A stretch of DNA of 64,000 nucleotides from Candidatus Pelearchaeum maunauluense (GTDB lineage: Archaea > Thermoproteota > Nitrososphaeria_A > Caldarchaeales > Caldarchaeaceae), in NCBI GenBank assembly GCA_030059675.1, contig JANVYQ010000001.1, positions 64,001-128,000 of the forward strand. Reading direction: 5' to 3'. Each line of letters starts with the position of its first letter. The first letter of the stretch is position 1. The notes under the pieces are model-generated. The model saw only the letters and a program-made list of their open reading frames with translations, was not told where the DNA came from and made no database searches. The position numbers were made by a program, and so were the translations under genes. Below, piece by piece: positions 41,870-50,966 of this stretch.

Positions 41870-43684
41870 ATGGTTTTTGGGTATAATGGCAGGATTGCGG
41901 TTGTGAGTCTCTCCGAGAATAGTGTGGAGTATGTTGAGCCTAGTGAGGAGCTTCTACGCGGCTTCTTAGGCGGCCGCGGCCTAGGCGTTGCTATAATGTA
42001 CAGGCATGGGAGGGGCGTGGAGCCGCTGGAGGAGCGGAGCCTACTGTGTGTCATGGTAGGCCCTCTAACTGGCTCAGGGTTCCCACTGGCGAATAGGCTC
42101 ACACTCGTATTCAGGTCTCCCCTCACGGGCACGATAGCGTGGACCAACACGGGCGGCTACGCTGGCGCTGAGCTGAAGAGCGCTGGGTTTGACGGCCTCG
42201 TCATACAGGGCGCCAGCAAGAGGCCGTGCTACTTGCTCGTCTCAGAAGAGCGCGTGGAGATTCGCGATGCCGCTAGCCTGTGGGGGCTGGACGCTATGGA
42301 GACTGTGGTAAAGCTCCGCCACGCCCACGGTGATGCGCGCATCCTCTCAATAGGCCCCGCTGGCGAGAAGATGGCCCCCATAGCTACGGTTCTCAACGAC
42401 ATGGGCAGGACCAGCGGGGTTAGGCATGGTGTTGGCTGTGTTATGGGGAGTAAGAGGCTTAAGGCGATAGTGATACGCGGCAGGCCTCTCGCGCGTATGA
42501 GCATGGCTGACAGGAATGGGCATATAGCCATGCTGAGGAGGGCTCAGATGAAGATACGCTCCTCACCCCTGCTCAATCATGACAACGGCCTGCTCGCGGT
42601 TCATGGAACGCCCATAGCGGCCGAGGCGCTTGGCAAAAACGAGGCAATCCCATTCAAGAACTACCGCTTCACCGCCCTAGAGGGTTACGAGCTAGTCGGC
42701 GGCAGGAGGATGACGAGCAGCATACTCATAGGCAGGCTCACATGCTCTACATGCCCAGTAAGCTGCCGCCGCGAGACCGCCTCGTCGGGCAGATACTGCT
42801 TCAGGGTAGAAGGCCCCGACTACGCCCAAATATCATCGCTCGGAACCAACTGCGCCGTCATAGACCTGAAAGCAATCTCGTACATGAACTATCTCTGCTA
42901 CGTGCTGGGTGTTGACCCTATTGAGATGGGGAACTCTCTAGCCATGTTGGCTGAGGCTACTGAGCGCGGTGTTGTGCGCGGGGGGTTGGGGTGGGGTGAT
43001 GTGGATAGGATGGTGGAGCTTATTCGCATGGCAGCGGCGAGGAATGGGGTTGGCGGATATCTAGCCCTGGGCGCTGAGCGCGCGGCGCGCGAGCTGGGTG
43101 ATGAGGAGCTGAGCATGTCGGTCAAGGGGATAACGATACAGAACACAGACCCCCGCGTAGAGCCTGCGTGGGAGCTGCTCAACGCCACAGAGAACTTCGG
43201 CGGCGCCGCGCACATCTGGGTATTCGCAGACCTCGTCCATAGCATGCGCGACGCTGGTGTTGAGCCCTCGGTAAGCCCTGAGAGCGGCTACGCCGATATA
43301 GCGGCCGCGGTCAAGCATAGACAAGACCTAGTGGCTGTTCTGGACTCGTTGCAGGTATGCGCGTTCTCCAGCTATGCCCTAAGCGTGGAAGACTATGCGG
43401 AGGAGCTTAGGAGCATAACTGGTTATGAAATCACGGGGGAGGAGCTTCTGGGGATAGGTGAGCGCATCTTCAACCTGGAGCGGCTGTTCAACGCCGAGCA
43501 TGGGATAGGCTCATCACAAGATAGACTTCCGAGACGCTTCACCGATGAGCCAGTCCCCAGCGGCAGACACAGCGGAAGCGTATGCGAGCTTGAACTTATG
43601 CTCTGGGAATACTACGAGCTACGCGGCTGGCGCGGCGGCCAGCCGCCCAGCAACGCAGTTAAGGAGCCTCCACCACTATTCTGA
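41870..43684 (+). CDS. Tungsten aldehyde:ferredoxin oxidoreductase family protein
   Basis: LGGRGLG, SPLTG, LK.AGFDG, IGPAGE, MGSK.LKAI, CSTCPVSC, LER.FN, YY..RGW. Confidence 0.92.
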   Translation: MVFGYNGRIAVVSLSENSVEYVEPSEELLRGFLGGRGLGVAIMYRHGRGVEPLEERSLLCVMVGPLTGSGFPLANRLTLVFRSPLTGTIAWTNTGGYAGAELKSAGFDGLVIQGASKRPCYLLVSEERVEIRDAASLWGLDAMETVVKLRHAHGDARILSIGPAGEKMAPIATVLNDMGRTSGVRHGVGCVMGSKRLKAIVIRGRPLARMSMADRNGHIAMLRRAQMKIRSSPLLNHDNGLLAVHGTPIAAEALGKNEAIPFKNYRFTALEGYELVGGRRMTSSILIGRLTCSTCPVSCRRETASSGRYCFRVEGPDYAQISSLGTNCAVIDLKAISYMNYLCYVLGVDPIEMGNSLAMLAEATERGVVRGGLGWGDVDRMVELIRMAAARNGVGGYLALGAERAARELGDEELSMSVKGITIQNTDPRVEPAWELLNATENFGGAAHIWVFADLVHSMRDAGVEPSVSPESGYADIAAAVKHRQDLVAVLDSLQVCAFSSYALSVEDYAEELRSITGYEITGEELLGIGERIFNLERLFNAEHGIGSSQDRLPRRFTDEPVPSGRHSGSVCELELMLWEYYELRGWRGGQPPSNAVKEPPPLF

Positions 43685-44122
43685 CTGTGCGAATATCCTC
43701 AACAATAGCGAGGCCGCATCAACAATATCACGCATGGAGAGCATGCCCACAGGCTTGCCAGACGCGTCTATCACGGGCAAGTGCCTAACGTTGGCCTGGC
43801 GCATACGCTCAACAGCGACGGCGTCGTCGTCGGGCCCTACGGTTATCACGTTCCTTGACATTAGGTCTGTTATTGGGGCTGATGCGCAGAGCGCCTCCTT
43901 GGCGGCGGCGAAGATTACATCACGCTCCGTGAATATCCCAGCCAGCCTACCCTCGTCATCAACAACGATAACACTCCCAACACGCTTATCCCACATGACG
44001 CGAACAGCCTCATCCACACGAACACCAGAAGAAACAACAATCGGAGGGGAACTCATCAAATGCCTAACCTTAATCTCAGGCGACTTGACATACCTCTTGA
44101 AGAGCGGCACAGCCTCCACCAA
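43676..44122 (-). CDS. CBS-pair protein
   Basis: GIFTERD, RHLPV, GMLSMRD. Confidence 0.88.
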   Translation of the reverse strand: MVEAVPLFKRYVKSPEIKVRHLMSSPPIVVSSGVRVDEAVRVMWDKRVGSVIVVDDEGRLAGIFTERDVIFAAAKEALCASAPITDLMSRNVITVGPDDDAVAVERMRQANVRHLPVIDASGKPVGMLSMRDIVDAASLLLRIFAQSE

Positions 44123-44202
44123 GGAGTTAGTCTGCGGAGCGTAGTATTAAGCTCATAGCCCTACCGCTAGGCTTTATAAAAGAAGAAAGAGAGATGGAGC
44201 GT

Positions 44203-45363
44203 TTAGCTGTATTGTTTCCTGAGCTGCTCAGCGGCCTGCGACATGGCGAGGAGCTTCTGATACGCTGTCCTGGCGGTATTCACAGGCGACTCAGCGAAGG
44301 TACCGAAGCCACAGTCTGGGTTTAGGTATATGTCCTCTGGGTCAAAGTATTTGAGCGCCTCGCCGACCCTGGCTACGATTTGCTGCGGGCTCTCAACCTC
44401 GTCGCTCCGCGGATTCACGACCCCAAGCCCAAGCTCCTTTATGCCAGAAGCATCTTTGAAGACAGCGAGCTCCCCTGCGCGCTGCGTGGCGAACTCAAGA
44501 ACGAACTGGTCAACCTTCATCTCCTGGAAGTAGGGTATGAGCGGCGCATAGTCGCCGCGTAGTAGTGATTCTTCGCGCCTGCTCCAGTTTCCCCTGCATA
44601 CATGGACGCCCAGCTTCACGCCTGAGATTCCCTGAACAACCTTATTCACCAGCTCGGTCGCGAACTCAAGCTCCTGGCTGGGGTCAACCTTGAAGAAGAT
44701 AGCTGCGCACATGAAGGTCTGGCTGCTCTCACCCCCATACACCACTTCGGTCAGCGTAGGCTCGTCAAGCTGGACAAAATCAGCGCCAGCCTCTGCCAGA
44801 GCTATAATCTCCTCACGTAGAAGACGTATATACTCGCGGGCAAGCTCCTCCCTATCCCAGTAAGCATTCCTAGAGACTGGGTCTATCCAGCTAGCGCGCG
44901 TGAGCATATACGGCCCTGGCAGCGGTATCTTGATTTTCTTCTTGGTGTGCTCTTTGAGGAACTTTAGCTCGTCAAGGGCTATTGGCCGTTTTCTCTTTAC
45001 TGGGCCTACTGCGACTGGGCTCTTGATGGCGAAGGCAGGCACGTCTAGGGCGCGGAGCATCTCCTCGTAGCGCGACTTGTCCTGCACGTAGTCCATCACC
45101 TCAGCCACCGTCATGAGCTTGATTCCCTCAAGCTTATCTGCCACGAAGCTGTAGAAGTTGTCCCGCCTCTGCTCGCCGTCGGAAATTATGTCTATCCCAG
45201 CGTCCTCCTGATACTTTATCGCTAGGAGAACAGCCTCGTCAGCCCTCTCGCTAAACTCCTCATAAGATATTTCTCCGCGGTTCTTTTTCTTCAGGTAGTC
45301 CAGGAGCCAGTTTGGTCTTGGCCAGCTTCCCACAACAGTCGTTGGAAAGAGTTGTTCAGCCAT
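44203..45363 (-). CDS. Single-barrel cobalamin-independent methionine synthase (MetE C-terminal/'core' family) Zn enzyme
   Basis: TTVVGSWPRP, SDGEQRR, QLDEP, HVCRGN, LE, NPDCGF. Confidence 0.87.
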   Translation of the reverse strand: MAEQLFPTTVVGSWPRPNWLLDYLKKKNRGEISYEEFSERADEAVLLAIKYQEDAGIDIISDGEQRRDNFYSFVADKLEGIKLMTVAEVMDYVQDKSRYEEMLRALDVPAFAIKSPVAVGPVKRKRPIALDELKFLKEHTKKKIKIPLPGPYMLTRASWIDPVSRNAYWDREELAREYIRLLREEIIALAEAGADFVQLDEPTLTEVVYGGESSQTFMCAAIFFKVDPSQELEFATELVNKVVQGISGVKLGVHVCRGNWSRREESLLRGDYAPLIPYFQEMKVDQFVLEFATQRAGELAVFKDASGIKELGLGVVNPRSDEVESPQQIVARVGEALKYFDPEDIYLNPDCGFGTFAESPVNTARTAYQKLLAMSQAAEQLRKQYS

Positions 45364-45369
45364 CCCCTC

Positions 45370-45900
45370 TCACGGCCTGTGTATTGAGAGCTCTGGTATT
45401 ATGCTTACGTTTCGGGTTAGCGTGTTCCCCACAGGCGAGGTGTTGAAGGTCTCGCGCCATATCTCCTCCACCTCCTCCTGGCTGGCGCTGGTCTTCACGT
45501 AGAGCTTGACCTTAATCTCTCTGTACCCTGGATGCCCCTCCCTGCTCAGGCCTAGGAATGTGAGTATGTTGTCTATCCTGCCCTCCAACGCTATCTCCAG
45601 GTTGTCTATCTTGACGTTCTTCTTCGTGGCGTTGAGTATGAAGCCCACCATGAGGCACGAGCCTAGCGCTGCCAGTACGTATTCAACAGCGTTGGGCGCC
45701 GTATCCACGCCCGCCAGGTCTGCTGGCTCGTCCACGACGAAGCTGTGGTCGCGTATATACGCCCTGCCCCTGAAGCCGCCCAGCCAGCGCACACGCGCCT
45801 TCCAGACGTTTAGCTCCTCAGCCTTATCACGATTCGCCGAGACAAGCTCCACAATCTCGCGTAGCTTAGCCAAATCTAAGCCGTTTATCTGCTGAGACAT
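45370..45900 (-). CDS. OsmC-like protein (single Cys), paralog of 40400
   Basis: INGLD, DEP..L.G.D.APNAVEY.L.ALGSC, TSPV; start set at ATG 45900. Confidence 0.85.
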   Translation of the reverse strand: MSQQINGLDLAKLREIVELVSANRDKAEELNVWKARVRWLGGFRGRAYIRDHSFVVDEPADLAGVDTAPNAVEYVLAALGSCLMVGFILNATKKNVKIDNLEIALEGRIDNILTFLGLSREGHPGYREIKVKLYVKTSASQEEVEEIWRETFNTSPVGNTLTRNVSIIPELSIHRP

Positions 45901-45973
45901 ATCCACGCACCTCCCTCCTTTCCAGCCTAACCAATATTTCTTAAATATAAGCTTATTATTATACCGTAATAAG

Positions 45974-46780
45974 ATGATGACCCCAGCCTCCTTTGACGCC
46001 GTAGCAGAGCAGTATGAGCGGGTGCTAGTCCCCCGTAGGAGGTTGCAGCACCTCCTCCTGCTGGAGGCTCTGGAGCTTTCTGGCGATGAGGTGGTTATAG
46101 ACCTGGGCTGCGGCACGGGCGCGCTTACCGCCATGATTGCGCAGCGCCTAGAGCGTGGGAGCGTCGTCGGCGTGGACGCGTCGCTGCGAATGCTTGAGCA
46201 CGCGCGTATGAGAGCTGCGCAACAGGGGCTTAGCAATATGAGGCTACTAAACAGGCCGATAGAAGGGGTTGAAGAAGCCCTCCAGGGAGGCGGGTTTGAC
46301 GCGGTAGTAAGCAGCCACGTCCTACACTGGCTCAAAAGTCCGTCAACGCTATTCCAAGCAGCCTCTCACCTACTAAGACCTGGAGGGAAGCTAGGGCTTA
46401 TCGTAGCTTCGTTTGACATGTATCTGGAGCTGGTTGAGGCTATTAGGGAGGTTTCGCGCCGCTACTGCCCATACTCGCTTGTTGAGGACTTTCTGCAAAC
46501 GCTGGGTAGGCAGCACTACTCTCCCAAGATGCTAGAAACACTACTAAACCTACACGGCTTTAAGACGAGAACCACGATAGAGTATAGAGCCACGCATAAG
46601 ATAGCCAGCGTTGACGAGTATTTGGAGCTTCTACACGCGGCTACTGGCGGGCGGTATTTGCGATACTCAGGCTGGGAGGCGTATGGCAGGTTTGTCCAAG
46701 ACCTGCGCCGCGTCCTTGAGCGGCGCGAGGAGCTTAGCTTCACAGACCACGCCATAATAGCCGTGGCCGAAAAGAGCTAG
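45974..46780 (+). CDS. Class I SAM-dependent methyltransferase
   Basis: IDLGCGTG, GVDAS..ML, FDAVVS..VLHW, LRPGG. Confidence 0.9.
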   Translation: MMTPASFDAVAEQYERVLVPRRRLQHLLLLEALELSGDEVVIDLGCGTGALTAMIAQRLERGSVVGVDASLRMLEHARMRAAQQGLSNMRLLNRPIEGVEEALQGGGFDAVVSSHVLHWLKSPSTLFQAASHLLRPGGKLGLIVASFDMYLELVEAIREVSRRYCPYSLVEDFLQTLGRQHYSPKMLETLLNLHGFKTRTTIEYRATHKIASVDEYLELLHAATGGRYLRYSGWEAYGRFVQDLRRVLERREELSFTDHAIIAVAEKS

Positions 46781-46824
46781 CTCCTCACTTATGAGGAGCC
46801 GCGCAGACTAGATTAGGGAAGAGA

Positions 46825-47436
46825 TTGACGCTGGCCGAGTATATCCTCGCAACCCTAGCTGCGTGTATAGCGATATTCATCGTTCCTGGACCTATCTTCT
46901 TCCTCTCGCTCAGCGAGGGGGCGCGCAGCCTGCGTAGGGGCTTTACGATGCTGCTGGGCGTCCTGACGGCTGAGGCTATACTCTTAGGATTCACCGTAGT
47001 GGGCTTCGTCATAATACTACAACGCTTCATGACCTTCCTGAAGATTGGCGGAGCAGCACTACTCGTAATACTAGCCCTACTCGCTTTCCGCTCAGCATTA
47101 AGAGAGCAGCCCCGCGAGAGGCTGGAAGCAAGCGGCGCGCCCTACATAAAGGGCTTCACCCTAACATTCCTAAACCCGCCCTTCATACTCTGGTTCATTA
47201 CGGTGGGCGCCTCCCTGCTTGACGCTGGCTTGAGAGCTGTTGGGGAGCTGTCCTACCTAATCTTCAGCGCGGTTCTCCTAATCTCCACCGTGATTGTGAC
47301 AGCCACGATGGTTGTCGCCGCCTATGGTGGGCGTAGCCTGCTTGGCGAGCGGGTGGCGCGCATCCTCTCGCTGATTGCTGGGATAGCCTTTACGGGAATA
47401 GCGGCGTCTCTCATAATCTCTATTCTATCCGCCTAG
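46825..47436 (+). CDS. LysE-family exporter
   Basis: PGP, G..Y/L, GF...LNP motifs; 6 TMs. Confidence 0.85.
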   Translation: MTLAEYILATLAACIAIFIVPGPIFFLSLSEGARSLRRGFTMLLGVLTAEAILLGFTVVGFVIILQRFMTFLKIGGAALLVILALLAFRSALREQPRERLEASGAPYIKGFTLTFLNPPFILWFITVGASLLDAGLRAVGELSYLIFSAVLLISTVIVTATMVVAAYGGRSLLGERVARILSLIAGIAFTGIAASLIISILSA

Positions 47437-47504
47437 AGTATTCAACTACTAAACGCTTATAAAACGCTAATGCAGGGCGATATGGCGGTGGTTTCGGAGT
47501 GCAT

Positions 47505-47741
47505 ATGGCGTTTGTCCTCATAAACACCGAGATAGGCGCTGAGGAGGAAGTGATAAACGAGCTGAAGAAGATTGGGAACGTGAAAGAAGCTTACGTCGTG
47601 TATGGTGTTTATGACATCGTAGCCAAGGTTGAGGCTGATAGTATGGACAAATTGAAGGAAATCGTCTCCTGGCGCGTAAGGCGCTTGGACAAAGTACGCT
47701 CCACACTAACTATGTTGGTGGTTTCTGGGTGGCCTCCTTAA
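47505..47741 (+). CDS. Stand-alone Lrp/AsnC ligand-binding (RAM) domain protein
   Basis: AFVLIN.E.G, VYGVYDIVAKV, RSTLT. Confidence 0.9.
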   Translation: MAFVLINTEIGAEEEVINELKKIGNVKEAYVVYGVYDIVAKVEADSMDKLKEIVSWRVRRLDKVRSTLTMLVVSGWPP

Positions 47742-47757
47742 TAGATAGGTGTGCCGC

Positions 47758-49059
47758 CTATACTCTATGGAGAAGCAACGGCCTAGTTAGGTGTCTCCTC
47801 GCTGATGGTGGAACCTCATAAAACCCTGGCTTGATTTTACGCTCCAAAGGTTGTTTTTCCGCCGCGCTTCTTGGGAGACGTTTCCCGCATCTCTTGCATC
47901 GGTAGCCCTCATCCCTGCCAGCGGACTTCATCCTCCTACCACAGCAGGGGCAGAGGGGCGGCCTCAAGACATAATGCTCAGCCAGCGCGAGAATCTCCAG
48001 CTTCTCCATATTTAGCGTAAGCCCCTCAGGCTTCATCTTCACACCACCCATAACCCTAACCCTATCACCAGGCACCAACGACCTAACGATATTCCTAAAC
48101 TCGCGCGTAGGCTCGTAGGCAGCGCAGATTATCTCACCACCAGCGTCGCGTATGCGTATGAACGTATGGCCTCCTGGTATCGTGTATGGCGGTGAGCATA
48201 CTACTCCAGAGATTACCGCGCTCATATTAGCCCTCAACTCGGCTATGCTACACTCAACAAGATGCTTGTCGGTGGCCTGGTTCGTCTTGAAGACCACAAC
48301 CCTCTCAACAGGCTCGTTAAACCTCACCATCCCAAGGCCGCGGAGAGCAGCCTCCGCTGAGACAGCCCTAACACCGGCCAGTACTGGGCATGGAGTGTGA
48401 GGAGCTATGCGGAGCTCTCCCGTCTCTGGGTCTATGTTGTCAAACGTCTCGCCGCGCGTTGCTTCATCCATAACACGGACAGACTCGCTGTCTATCCTCC
48501 TCACAGTTCCCCAGTTCTCAGGCACGCGATACGCTATCGCCTCAAACGTGTATTCGTCCATCCTGTATGATGCCGCCGCTAGAGCGCCTATCCTCCCGCG
48601 GCCACCGTTAAAACCGTGGAGCTCTGCACCGTGGGAGGATGCCAGCTCCAGCGCCTCGTCCAAGCTCACAAGCTCGCGCACGGCCTTCTCGGCAAACCTG
48701 GCCAGCTCCCCGCTGACTTCGCCCAAGATGAAAGCGACGCCTGGCTGCGTCTCCCCGTAGCCATGCTCATACAACCGCTCAACAAGAGCTAGAACCTGTT
48801 TCTTCGCATCCTCAACCCTCTCCCTGCCCAGCCCAACGTGAAGCGCTATAGCAGCGTTCCCCCGCGTCTTGTAGGGGCAGTTGGGGTTGAGCCTAACCAA
48901 GTATGGGTGGTCAAGCATCCGCGCGCCCATGTTGCGCAGAGAATCAAACAACACGGCCCCCACGTAGGTAGTGCACATCCCATCCTTGGAGTCGGTGTCG
49001 TCAATACCGATGTGCAGCGTTTCCTCCCCAGCCGCCAAAGAGCGCAAAGCCCCCAGCAC
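47758..49059 (-). CDS. tiaS: tRNA(Ile2) 2-agmatinylcytidine synthetase
   Basis: IGIDDTDS..GMCTT, LVRLNPN.PYKTRGN, TNQATD, AAYEPT, Zn ribbon, ARRHL. Confidence 0.96.
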   Translation of the reverse strand: MLGALRSLAAGEETLHIGIDDTDSKDGMCTTYVGAVLFDSLRNMGARMLDHPYLVRLNPNCPYKTRGNAAIALHVGLGRERVEDAKKQVLALVERLYEHGYGETQPGVAFILGEVSGELARFAEKAVRELVSLDEALELASSHGAELHGFNGGRGRIGALAAASYRMDEYTFEAIAYRVPENWGTVRRIDSESVRVMDEATRGETFDNIDPETGELRIAPHTPCPVLAGVRAVSAEAALRGLGMVRFNEPVERVVVFKTNQATDKHLVECSIAELRANMSAVISGVVCSPPYTIPGGHTFIRIRDAGGEIICAAYEPTREFRNIVRSLVPGDRVRVMGGVKMKPEGLTLNMEKLEILALAEHYVLRPPLCPCCGRRMKSAGRDEGYRCKRCGKRLPRSAAEKQPLERKIKPGFYEVPPSARRHLTRPLLLHRV

Positions 49060-49138
49060 GAACCCGCGATGTTTCTTGCTCCTTTCTTTATTTTATAACG
49101 TAGCCTATATAACGTAGGTTGTATTACAGGGGGTAGGC

Positions 49139-50323
49139 TTGACGACGCTTGAAGAGCCAAGGCGGAGAATAGCGCCTGACGAGGTGGCGCTCAGCTACGC
49201 GGAGATTAAGAGGTATGGGCGGCATCTGATAATCCCAGAGGTTGGTCTGGCTGGGCAGAAGCGCCTGAAGGCTAGTAGCGTCCTCGTTGTGGGGACAGGC
49301 GGCCTAGGCTCGCCCCTCTCACTCTACCTAGCAGCGGCTGGAGTGGGCAGGATAGGACTGGTGGACTACGACGTGGTGGATGACAGCAACTTACAGCGGC
49401 AGGTGCTATACACCACCAAAGACCTGGGCAAGTCCAAGCCCCGGACAGCAAAAGAACGCCTAGAAGCCCTAAACCCGCACATAGAGGTGGAGGTATACGA
49501 GACCCGCCTAACATCCGACAACGCCCTAGACATAATGCGGGACTATGATGTTATTGTTGATGGGACTGATAACTTCCCAACCCGCTACCTGGTTAATGAC
49601 GCCTGCGCATTACTTGGTAAGCCCAACGTCTATGGAAGTATCTTCCGCTTTGACGGGCAGGTCTCGGTCTTCTACGCCAAGGAGGGGCCGTGCTACCGCT
49701 GCCTCTACCCAGAGCCGCCTCCACCAGGCCTCGTTCCTAGCTGCGCAGAGGGTGGGGTGCTGGGTGTTCTCCCAGGAATCATAGGAGCGCTCCAGGCAAA
49801 CGAGACGCTGAAGCTTCTCCTCGGAATAGGCGAGCCTCTGATTGGACGGCTACTCCTCTTTGACGCCCTCAAGATGAGCTTCAGGGAGCTGAGGATTAGG
49901 AAAGACCCCAACTGCCCGCTCTGCGGCGAGAACCCACGCATAAGGGAGCTGATAGACTATGAGGAGTTCTGCGGTGTAAGACCAGCGCAACAGCCCCATG
50001 ACGCCGAGTATAGCATAACGCCAGAGGAGCTGAAGGAGAAGCTTGAGAGGGGAGAGCGCGTAATCCTACTAGACGTGCGCGAGCCTGTGGAGTATGAGAT
50101 ATGCAGGCTGGAGGGCTCTGTTCTAGTCCCGCTGGGCAAGCTACCTGAATATGTGAATAGGCTGAGCCAGACCGATGAGATAGTCGCCTACTGCCACACA
50201 GGCGCTAGAAGCGCGATGGCTGTGAAGCTCCTCCGCGACCTCGGCTTCAGGAGGGTCAAGAACCTAGTGGGCGGCATAGACGCATGGGCAGCAATGATAG
50301 ACCCCAACATGCCCAGATACTAG
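49139..50323 (+). CDS. moeB: MoeB/UbaA E1-like adenylyltransferase fused to a rhodanese domain
   Basis: RYGRH, G.GGLG, SNLQRQ, CYRC, SCAEGG, CPLC, rhodanese YCHTGARS. Confidence 0.92.
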   Translation: MTTLEEPRRRIAPDEVALSYAEIKRYGRHLIIPEVGLAGQKRLKASSVLVVGTGGLGSPLSLYLAAAGVGRIGLVDYDVVDDSNLQRQVLYTTKDLGKSKPRTAKERLEALNPHIEVEVYETRLTSDNALDIMRDYDVIVDGTDNFPTRYLVNDACALLGKPNVYGSIFRFDGQVSVFYAKEGPCYRCLYPEPPPPGLVPSCAEGGVLGVLPGIIGALQANETLKLLLGIGEPLIGRLLLFDALKMSFRELRIRKDPNCPLCGENPRIRELIDYEEFCGVRPAQQPHDAEYSITPEELKEKLERGERVILLDVREPVEYEICRLEGSVLVPLGKLPEYVNRLSQTDEIVAYCHTGARSAMAVKLLRDLGFRRVKNLVGGIDAWAAMIDPNMPRY

Positions 50324-50372
50324 CCAGAACTCCTTTAATATTAGAGAGAGCAGACCTAATCTACGACTGACT

Positions 50373-50966
50373 TTGGTTTGGAGGAGGGCTGTCGTAAAGA
50401 TAGAAGGGGATGTTCAGCGTGTTGGGTATCGCTATATAGTTGCGACGCTTGCTAGACGCTTCTCCGTAAGTGGGTTAGTCAGAAATCTTGATGACGGCAG
50501 CGTTGAGGTCATTGCGGAAGGCGAGGAAGAGAACTTAAACGCGTTCATACAGAGTATAAAGATTAACGAGCCGCCCATAATAGTTGAGTCGCTGAACGTT
50601 AGGTATGAAAAGCCTACTAGGGAGTTTAGGACATTCAGGATAGTTACGGGGAGTCTTGAGGAGGAGATGGTGGAGGGCTTCGGGATAGGAGCAGGCTATC
50701 TACGCTTAGTCCTAGACCTACAACGGGAAATTCTAGGCTTACAGCATGAAAACATAAAGCTGCAGAAGGGGATGCTTAACGAGGTTAGCGAGTTTAGAAA
50801 AGACCTGCGAGTGCTTATTGATGAGCGTATAAGCCGTGTTGAGGATGATGTGTGGAAAATAAAGGCTAAGCTGGTTATTGACCAGCCTGCCTACGCTCCT
50901 CCCTTCTCTAGTTGGGCTTCTCGCCTCCCTCTCCTTCCTGCTGTAGGTCTTCAGGCGCTGGCTTGA
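50373..50966 (+). CDS. Acylphosphatase-family protein with C-terminal coiled-coil extension
   Basis: GDVQRVGYR, G.VRNL.DGSVEV.AEG; C-terminal EEMVEGFG plus a heptad-rich tail. Confidence 0.78.
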   Translation: MVWRRAVVKIEGDVQRVGYRYIVATLARRFSVSGLVRNLDDGSVEVIAEGEEENLNAFIQSIKINEPPIIVESLNVRYEKPTREFRTFRIVTGSLEEEMVEGFGIGAGYLRLVLDLQREILGLQHENIKLQKGMLNEVSEFRKDLRVLIDERISRVEDDVWKIKAKLVIDQPAYAPPFSSWASRLPLLPAVGLQALA

